32,000 bases of DNA from an uncultured bacterium (GTDB taxonomy: Bacteria; Auribacterota; JACPWU01), in assembly GCA_964640155.1 (NCBI GenBank), contig CAZXEQ010000001.1, forward strand, positions 1-32,000. The letters are read 5' to 3'. Under the pieces are notes generated by a model, which saw only the letters and a program-made list of their open reading frames with translations, was not told where the DNA came from and did no database searches. The translations under genes and the position numbers were made by a program. Each line of letters begins with the position of its first letter. Positions within the stretch are counted from its first letter, which is position 1. Below, in pieces: positions 1-9,300 of this stretch.

Positions 1-138
1 ACTCTTGCAGTATCAGAAGGAACATCTGGTCTCACCGGTACATCTGGAGAAATTACTACATCCCCCATAGGAACATCAGGAGTAACTGCATCCACTCTTG
101 CAGTATCAGAAGGAACATCTGGTCTCACCGGTACATCT
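1..138 (-). repeat. 93-bp (31-codon) in-frame tandem repeat inside PD linker c
   Basis: Positions 1-45 and 94-138 are identical (actcttgcagtatcagaaggaacatctggtctcaccggtacatct), encoding PDVPVRPDVPSDTAR twice. The array may continue beyond the left edge. Confidence 0.85.
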
Positions 139-323
139 ACAGATGGCATTCCCCTATCATCTACAGGTAAAATATCCGGAATTTTAGGCGTGTCTAAAGG
201 AACAGGCACATCATCTGATGGCATTCCAGTCTCTGTTATATCGGGAAGAACTACAGCTTTGTCAGCAACTCCCGAGGAATCATCAGCACTTGCATCCGCA
301 TCCTGGTGATAATCACCATAAAA
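1..323 (-). repeat. Asp/Pro-rich low-complexity linker (PD linker c), running off the left edge
   Basis: The sequence is FYGDYHQDADASADDSSGVADKAVVLPDITETGMPSDDVPVPLDTPKIPDILPVDDRGMPSVDVPVRPDVPSDTARVDAVTPDVPMGDVVISPDVPVRPDVPSDTAR. Confidence 0.8.
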
Positions 324-3300
324 ACATCCCACGAAAGTCAAAGTAGCTGCAATCAATAACGCCATAGCTCCTTTAGTCCTTGGAGCTATTGAAGTCATTT
401 CAGAAACAGAAACTCCTGTTATCTGACTTAATGCTCTAAATACTTCTTCCTTTCTTGACTCTACTCCTCTTACTCTTTCTCTCTCTTGGGCATTAATGCT
501 CTGCGATGTCTGTATGAATCTCATCACTGCTTTAAATTGTTCGTCTAACGATCTATCACTGTTCTCTACTAACAACTTTACAAATCCTTCTTCTCCTCCC
601 ATCTCTTCTATAAAGATTCTTCTCTCTTCTTCTGTCTTTCTCCTGAAATCATCTAGACTCCATAATATCGGTAATACTTCCCCATATGTCCCATGATCTA
701 TTGCTTCGTGTCCCATGACACTGGCTAATACGCTATTTGAATAGGGTCGCCCTGTTCTCTTATTATTTCTCAGTAAGTCATCATCTATCCCTATATATCC
801 CGGATTAATGACTCGCGCTATCGTGTCTCCATCCGAATATATTCCTATTCCTGTCTCTACATTCCTCATCCCGGGGTATTTTGCTATTACTGCTTCCCAC
901 GCTTCCCCTAATCTCTCTTCTTGGAAACCTGTGTATTTTCCTTCACTGATTCTACCCATTCCTGTTGGCTCTGATTGATAACCTACTTCTCCTATTTCTT
1001 TCTTCCCTGTACGTATCGGGGTGGGGCCTAAGCCTGTTAAATCTATTTCAAATCTTCCTCCTCCGGCTGGGTTTATATCAGAAGGTCTGACTTGATATTG
1101 TATTACTTGATACATTCTGTCTGAGCCCGCTGCCATTAATGTACTTGTCGCTATGCTTGAATTCCATGTTCCACTTCCAAATGTTCCGGGTCTAAATATA
1201 TACACTCCTCTACTATCTTGGAAAACAACACTAAATCCATTTAAAAGGGTAGGTACAAATTGGAAGTTGATCGCTGATAACCCTGTGGCATCTATCGGAG
1301 TCGCTCTGTATACACTTAAATACGCTACTGCTGTCGAGGTTCCTAAAGGAACATTTCCAGAAAATCTGTAAGCTCGACCCCCTATTGACGTAACACTTGC
1401 CGTTGCTCCGTCTAGTCCTCCAACAGATAAATACGTGCCAGGGAAAAATGTTGGTGAAGGTGCGGGGCCTGATCTCGTACTCCCACTTACACTCCTTGCT
1501 CCTGCAACACTAATAAGTAAGGGGGCAGGAGGCATAACATCTGGAACATCTTCTCCACTTGCATCTACACCTACTTCTGTAGGCGGTACATCTTCAACAT
1601 CTCTCACATCAATACTTGCATCCATTCGTACAACATCGGGACCTGCATCTGGACTAGGCATATCTACCCTAGGAATATCCATAGGAGTTACATCTGCGTC
1701 AGGTCGTGGAACATCCATTGAAACCGGTACGTCTTCAGGCCTTGCGTCCATGGGAACATCTATGCCGACATCCGGCCGTGCATCCGGACCGCGGTCAACA
1801 GGAAACGGCATATCAGGAGAAATTATATCTGGGGTTGCATCAGGACTACCTGCATCTAAAACATCTGTTGGCAAAACTACATCAACAGCTGCATCTGTTA
1901 CATCGGCACCAGCATCTGCTCTGGGCACAGCTGTCGGATGAGAAAGTCCACAGCTTACACCTATGAAAACTGCTAATATAGCAACAACCCCCATCACCCG
2001 GTTTGATACGCCACCTAATGTTCTCCAAAAAAGATTGGGACGTCCTATTTTAAAAATAGTTTTTGTTAATCTATTTTGTAGCTCATTCAACCCCTCTTGT
2101 AACCCCTTAAACGGGCTACCTTTTTTGAATGTAGAAATTTGTTTAAAGAAATTTCCAATTCCTCCGATGAGAAGCGTTAACCACGTCCCTCCAATACTTG
2201 CTTGACTAACCGGCCTCCTCAAATTTTTAGCAACGATATCGATTACTAAATTAGGGGCTGAAACTGCTTGCCCTCCTGTTATCTGACTTAATGCTCTAAA
2301 TACTTCTTCCTTCCTTGACTCTACTCCTCTTACTCTTTCTCTCTCTTGGTCATTAATGCTCTGCGATGCCTCAATAAATCTCATCACTGCTTCAAATTGT
2401 TCGTCCAACGATCTTTCACTGTTCTCTACTAACAACTTTACAAATCCCTCTTCTTCTCCCATCTCTTCCACAAACACTCTTTTCTCTTCAGCAGTCTTAC
2501 GCCTAAAATCATCTAGACTCCATAATATCGGCAATACTTCTCCATATGTCCCATGATCTATTGCTTCATGTCCCATGACACTGGCTATCACACTATTTGA
2601 ATACGGCCGACCTGTTCTTCTATTATCTTTTAATAAGTCATCATCTATTCCTATATATCCCAGATTAATGACTCGGGCAATCGTGTCTCCATCCGAATAT
2701 ATTCCTATTCCTGTATCTACATTCCTCATCCCTGGGTATTTTTCTATTACTTCTGCCCACGCTGCCCCTAATCTCCCTTCCTGGAAACCTGTGTATTTTC
2801 CTTCCCTGATTCTCCCCATTCCTGTTGGCTCTGATTGATAACCTGCTCCTACTTTTATCTTCCCTGTTCGTATCGGAGTTGGACCGCCAGAAACTAATCC
2901 ATTGATATCTAATTCGAATCTGCCTCCTCCAGATGGATTTACATCCGCACCACTGATTTGAATTTGTATCACCTGGAATCTTCCTGACAAACCTGCTGTT
3001 CTCCATCCTGATCCCATCACAGTTGTTGGATTTGTTCCGTACAATAAAAAATTCCAAGCACCACTTCCAAACACACCAGGAATAAATAAACCCACTTGAC
3101 CTCGATTATCTCTTAAAAATGCACGAAAGCTATCGACAAATGTTGCATAAAATCGAACATTCATGACATCACCAGTCAGTCCAGTCGCATCCATTCCAGT
3201 TGGTGACAATGCACTTAAATAAGCTACTGAATTTCCATCGCCTACTACTACCGTTCCTTCAAATCGATACGTATTTGGCCCAATCCAACGAGATGTTCTT

Positions 3301-6300
3301 ACGATTGCCCCGCCTACTCCAGCTGGTGTAAAATAGCTGTTTGAAAAATATGTTGGCATACGAAGACCACTGACTGTTTGTCCTTCAAGTCTTAGAGCTA
3401 CAGTTACAGGAATAAGCTCAGGAGCAGGAGGTGCAACATCTACTCTTGTATCTTGTGGAACATCCACCCTAACTTCTGGACCTCTATCAGTTGCAACATC
3501 TAATGCTGCATCTGGTGGCACTGGAACATCTGGTGATCTTAAAGCATCTATCGGTGTTGCTACATCCGGTGAATATGAATCCATGCTCGTTGTATCAGTG
3601 AAAACTCCTGCATCAGTAGTAGTGGCATCTATAGCTGCTACATCAGAAACTGGCGCATCAACACCTTCATCAACTGTAGGTATGTCACCACTCACGACCT
3701 CTATCGGAGCAGAGGCATCGACAACGGAAATATCTGCTGGGGGCATAGCATCTGGGATTGCTGGCATATCAACTGGCAGGCGTACATCTGATGCCGATTG
3801 ATCTACAAAAGCATCAGAAACTCCTGCGTCCGGAGTTTGCGTACGAACATGACATAAGCTCATTAAATCAAAGGAAAAACGACCTGAATCAAGAACATTT
3901 TGCGCAGGAATTTGAATTTGTATGGTTCTAAACTGCCCACTTCCTCCAGAATCTCTCACCATTCCCATGGAAAGCTCCTGAGTCCACACTCCTTCCGTCA
4001 AAGGTAAAGTCGTAGAATGATAATATCTAGAATCTCCTTTAGAACGTCTCTCAAAATCCTCTAACGCTAAAAATAAATCTCTCAGCCCAGTCTGACGAAA
4101 ACGGATATTCATTTGATCGCCCGGTAGACTTCTAGCATCCATAGGCATATCTCCCATGGAAATCGTTATATAAACTCCCGCTCCGGAAGAAATTCCCGCA
4201 TCTTGCGAAACTGGCATTTGTCCTTCTACGCGATAATGATCACCTTCTGAAATAAGTCTAGCTCTTGCACCTCCTAGCGTGGTAATTCTCACACTTGTAC
4301 CAGGAAAATAAGTAGCCGGAGTCTCTTGCCTTCTAGAAGTTTGTCCAGTTAGAGGTGATGTTCCTCTAATAGGAATAGGAGGTGGTCCATCAGTAACTTC
4401 TTCTAATCCAGAATCGGAAACTGCAGCCTCGGCATCCACACCAGTTTCTGCAGCAACACCTTCCTCACGCAAAGGCCCAAAACATCCCACAAAAGTCAAA
4501 GTAGCTGCAATCAATAACGCCATAGCTCCTTTAGTCCTTGGAGATATTGAAGTCACTGCAGAAACAGAAACTCCTGTAATCTGACTTAATGCTCTAAATA
4601 CTTCTGCCTTCCTTGACTCTACTCCTCTTACTCTTTCTCTCTCTTGCTCATTAATGCTCTGCGAGGTCTGTATGAATCTCATCACTGCTTTAAATTGTTC
4701 GTCCAACGATCTTTCACTGTTCTCTACTAACAACTTTACAAATCCTTCTTCTGATCCCATCTCTTCTATAAAGATTCTTCTCTCTTCTTCTGTCTTTCTA
4801 CTGAAATCATCTAGACTCCATAATATCGGTAATACTTCCCCATATGTCCCATGATCTATTGCTTCGTGTCCCATGACACTGGCTAATACGCTATTTGAAT
4901 AGGGTCGCCCTGTTCTCTTATTATTTCTCAGTAAGTCATCATCTATCCCTATATATCCCGGATTAATGACTCGCGCTATCGTGTCTCCATCCGAATATAT
5001 TCCTATTCCTGTCTCTACATTCCTCATCCCGGGGTATTTTGCTATTACTGCTTCCCACGCTTCCCCTAATCTCTCTTCTTGGAAACCTGTGTATTTTCCT
5101 TCACTGATTCTACCCATTCCTGTTGGCTCTGATTGATAACCTACTTCTCCTATTTCTTTCTTCCCTGTACGTATCGGGGTGGGGCCTAAGCCTGTTAAAT
5201 CTATTTCAAATCTTCCTCCTCCGGCTGGGTTTATATCAGAAGGTCTGACTTGATATTGTATTACTTGATACATTCTGTCTGAGCCCGCTGCCATTAATGT
5301 ACTTGTCGCTATGCTTGAATTCCATGTTCCACTTCCAAATGTTCCAGGTCTAAATACATACACTCCTCTACTGTCTTGGAAAACAACACTAAATCCATTT
5401 AATAGGGTAGGTACAAATTGGAAGTTGATCGCTGATAATCCTGTGGCATCTATGGGAGTTGCTCTATATACACTTAAATATGCTACTGCTGTCGAGGTTC
5501 CTAAAGGAACCATTCCAGAAAATCTGTATGCTCTACCCCCTATTGACGTAACACTTGCTGTTGCTCCGTCTAATCCTCCAGCAACCAAATATGCCCCTGA
5601 AAAAAAAGTCGGTGATGTAGCTGTTCCTGATGTCGTACTCCCACTTATACTCCTTGCTCCTGCAACGCTGATCAATGCCGGTGCTATGGGTGGTATAGCC
5701 AAAGCATCTATCTGTAAAGCAACACTTACAGTTGGACTTGTCCCACTTGTGACTTGATCTCCTCCCACTTGAACTTCAATCTGAGCTATATTTGAGGCGC
5801 TAAATCCAGAGGGTAAACTTGAAACTAATATTTCCCCACGACCAAACATACCAGGGGTTACCGTCACAGGAGCAACTCCCGTAACAATTCGTCCAGAACC
5901 ATCTTGTAATTGATAGGTTACTCTTGCAACATTGGTAACATTACCAATACCAATATGAAGTTGACCAGTCACCGCTGTGCCTGTTGTAAAATTTCTTGCT
6001 GCACCCGCTGGAATCCTATAAACCGTAATCATTTTGGATCCGGCCATTCCTCGAGTCACTGTTCCACTTGCATTCCATACAAGTCTTGATGTAGTAACAC
6101 CCGATACGGATGAAGCTGATCTTGATAAGGGTGCTGTACTCCAAGAACCTATTCCTGAGCCCCCTCCGTATCCAACTGTTTCTACAGTCACACCCGGTCT
6201 AAAATCAATTGGACCATCTACAACATTCGTAACGGGAAAGGTAGGTGAAGCTAAAGGTAAATCTGCGACAGTCAATGCCTTGGGTCCACTCAATGCTACT

Positions 6301-9300
6301 TCTACTAGCCCACTTCCATCTGGGATGTGTCGTCCCTCTATGACTCTGATAAGTCTAAATGTATTGGCATTGATTAGGGCAGGTACTTCAGATGCTGGCC
6401 TTCCCATCGCTGCTGCAAGTCGATTGATTAATTCCATTCGGTCTACTACAGGCACTCCCCACATCGTTGCTCGGCCATTTGTTACTTCTACAGTCGCTTG
6501 ATAGGTCGCTCCTCCAACCACTAACTCTGCCTTTAATGTATATCCATTTAGATTTCCTCGTGTGTCCCTTAATCCCGAGCTCCATGTGCTGTCACTTAAA
6601 AATGCCGTCTTTCCTGCTGCGCTGAGTTCACTTGAGAAGCCTGCAAATGCTCCTCCACTGACTCCCGTGTATCTGAGTCTCCTTGTGTACATCACTGTTC
6701 CATGTGCTTCTCTATCTGTGACAACATTCTCTGCTACGGTTACAACTCCCATTGTTCCAAATGCACTCTCCGTTGTGACTCCATAAAAGTCTTCTGTTCC
6801 ATCTGCACTTGCTGTCACTCGTAATGGATTGCTTGCGTTAAAGTCTGTGATGGTTAATGCCTTGGGTCCACTCAATGCTACTTCTACTGTCCCACTTCCA
6901 TCTGTGATGTGTCTTCCCTCTATAACTCTAATAAGTCTAAATGTATTGGCATTGATTAATGCAGGCACTTCAGCTGGTGTTCTTCCCATCGCGGCTGCGA
7001 GTCGGTTTATTAATTCCATTCGGTCTACTACCGGTACTCCCCACATCGTTGCTCTTCCATTTGTTACTTCTACTGTCGCTTGATACGTCGCTGTCCCTAT
7101 CACTAATTCTGCCTTTAACGTATATCCATTCAGATTTCCACGTGTGTCTCTTAACCCCGATGTCCATGTGCTGTCTGCTAAAAACGCTGTCTTTCCTGCT
7201 GCGTTGAGTTCACTTGAAAAGCCTGCAAATGCTCCTCCCATGACTCCCGTGTATCTTAATCTTCGGGTGTACATCACAGGTCCATGTGCCTCTCGATCTG
7301 TGACTACATTCTCTGCGACTGTTACAACTCCCGTTGTCCCAAATGCACTCTCGGTCGTGACTCCATAAAAGTCTTCTGTTCCATCTGCACTTGCTGTCAC
7401 TCGTAATGGATTGCTTGCATTAAAATCTGTGATGGTTAGTCTCTTCGCTCCTATTAAGGCCACTCTCACTTCTGTTCCACTAGTTAATTGGCTTCCAGCT
7501 ACTTTCCTCTGAAGCCTAAACACTCCAATTCGTATCATCCCTTCTAATGTTGTTCGATCTACTCCCGTTGCCAAAGCCAATCTTTGCAGTAACATATTTC
7601 TATCAACTGGCGCAAAACCTACAGCATTCATTCCTACTCTTCTTGGAATATCTATCTGAGCTTGTCTTGTACGTAATACTCCCATAGCATCGCGATATTC
7701 TAATTCAGCCTGTAACGTATATCCTCTTAAGTTTCCCGTTAAATCATTAATTCCTGAGACCCAAGTTGAGTCTGCCAAAAATGCTGTTTTACCTGCATCA
7801 TCCAACTCTTCACTATAACCAAATGACAATCCACCCGTAACTCCTGTCGCAACAAGCCGTCTTACGTATTGTTCACCACTACTCATCACGCCTTCAGCTC
7901 TCGCATCAATGACTGAATCTGTGACTGTCACTGCACTTGAAGAAAACACACCTGAGGTTCTTACTCCATAATAATCTATTTCTCCACTAGCGCTTTCCAT
8001 ACCTCGAAGTGTATTGCTTGCATAAAAATCTGAAATAGTTAGACGTTTAGGTCCGCTCATTCCAACATCTACAATATCGCTGCCATCTGTAATATGACGT
8101 CCTTCAATCACTCTCATGAGTCTGAAAGGATTATTTCTAATTAAACCCTCTACTTCTGAAACAGATCTTCCCATTCTTGCAGCAAGTTGAGTAATTAATT
8201 CCATCCGATTCACGACGGGCACTCCCCACATCGTCCCTCTCATATTAGAAACTTCAACATCTGCTTGATACTTCATACCGCCAATCTCTAATTCAGCTCT
8301 CAATGTATATCCACTGAGATTCCCTCGTCTATCCTTTAACCCTGATGTCCACTGTGCATCTGATAAAAATGCTGCCTTACCTTCAGCATTTAATTCAGTT
8401 AAAAATGCAGCATATCTATTTCTTGATACTCCTGAATATCGTACTTGCCTTGTATACATTTCTGTTCCATGAGGATCTCGATCTGTAACAATATTTTCCT
8501 CTACTGTTACCAAAGGTCGTCCAGTTGAAACATCCACTGTTCCAAAAGCATTTTCTGACTCTACACCATAAAAATCATCTACACCGTCCGCACTTGCATT
8601 CACTCGGATAGTTGTATCCACCATTAATTTTGACATATAGACCACACCATGAGCGCTGGACCCTCCAGCTGATTCCGCAACAGCACCAATATTTCTCACA
8701 TCTTCCCACCGTACAGGTGATTGTCCTGAAGGAACAGGGAAAACCCGTCTTAAATCTTCTTCACGAATTTCAATTCTATTTGAACTATTGGGAGTTGTGT
8801 TAGCTTGCAGTTCTATTCTGAATTTTCCAATTCTTCCATCTCTTAATGTAATCTGAAAATAAATTATCTGAGCTGTATCTGTTTTAACATACCGACGAAG
8901 AACACCTCCTGAAGCGGTGACGGCCCTTCTAATATTTTGAGCAGTCATTTCTGCAGTTCCCTCAAGAGATTGTCCTACCGCAGCGTATTCTCCACCATTC
9001 AAAGTCCAATCCCACTGAATACTTGCGCCATCTGCTACACGTATCGGTTCTGCGTTTGCATCAATATTGGTAACGACAACATCAGAGCTGGATGTCCGCG
9101 TTGGATTTCCAAGGCCAGCAATCTGGGTTGGTGCAGGACCCGTTCCATTATCTTGTTGAACAGTTAAAGAAACAACATTTGCAGTTTGTGTAGATTTAAT
9201 TCCTACTACTCTCATTCGTCCTCTTCTAGCGCGAAAAGAAGGATGATTACTGGGTTCTTCTAAAGTCAATTCAGAAGCAGCTGTTACAAGGTCTCGTCCA

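Larger units (their letters stand above)
320..1515 (-). repeat. Module copy M3: J domain about 1028-1520, HEAIDH zincin-like domain about 402-1027, lipobox segment; near-identical to M1
   Basis: See M1. Track ORF pairs 496..696 with 4654..4854 and 1153..1371 with 5311..5757 are both offset by 4,158 bp. Confidence 0.9.
4478..5673 (-). repeat. Module copy M1: beta jelly-roll-like domain (about 5186-5684), HEAIDH zincin-like domain (about 4560-5185) and hydrophobic lipobox segment
   Basis: It matches 320..1515 at a constant offset of 4,158 bp (= 1,386 codons, in frame). I saw no mismatch between 4801-5345 and 643-1187 (about 545 bp). Scattered differences occur outside that block. Confidence 0.9.

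Noticed and set aside
1435-1941. 168-aa plus-strand ORF rich in Ser/Thr/Gly/Ala (plus 1706..1966 and 3583..3801)
   Set aside because: It is the antisense shadow of the Asp/Pro/Val-rich linkers. GAT/GTN/CCN codons read backwards give ATC/NAC/NGG-type codons with few stops. The sequence is low-complexity and has no start context.
4526-4532. AAAGGAG immediately upstream of the internal ATG at 4523 (and its copy upstream of ATG 365) as a Shine-Dalgarno for an internal gene start
   Set aside because: Only 2 nt separate GGAG from the ATG, well below the usual 5-9 nt. The bases are simply the Lys-Gly-Ala codons of the n-region. I keep it only as a remote possibility under the lipobox finding.
496-4854. 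Three paralogous 66-aa plus-strand ORFs (496..696, 2356..2556, 4654..4854; MLCDVCMNLITALNCSSNDL...) that look like a small conserved gene family
   Set aside because: They lie exactly antisense to the helical tail of the three HEAIDH modules of the minus-strand giant ORF. They are conserved because the coding strand opposite them is repeated. They have no RBS and a low-complexity Ser/Leu/Asn composition. They were useful only as a flag for the repeat.
5600-5607. A8 homopolymer (T8 on the coding strand, ...ACT TTT TTT TCA...) in module M1 as a slipped-strand phase-variation switch
   Set aside because: The tract is short and sits in the middle of a giant ORF. The M3 copy lacks the run (ACA TTT TTC CCT), and there is no evidence of length variation. 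It is more relevant as a possible sequencing-error hotspot.
320-5673. Near-identical 1.2-kb copies as insertion sequences or another mobile element
   Set aside because: I saw no transposase-like ORF, terminal inverted repeats or target duplications. The copies are in frame with the surrounding ORF at an offset divisible by 3, and they encode the same module as the diverged middle copy.
6034-7368. Plus-strand ORFs 6034..6501, 6562..6786, 6829..7083, 6959..7207, 7144..7368 and minus-strand 6388..6585, 6970..7167
   Set aside because: They all fall inside the R3/R4 tandem repeats in frames other than the long open one. They occur in pairs offset by 582 bp, as expected for shadows of a repeated coding sequence.
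6251-8597. CRISPR array or other non-coding periodic repeat
   Set aside because: The period is 582-603 bp, all multiples of 3. The units are diverged rather than identical short repeats with unique spacers, and they sit in an open frame.
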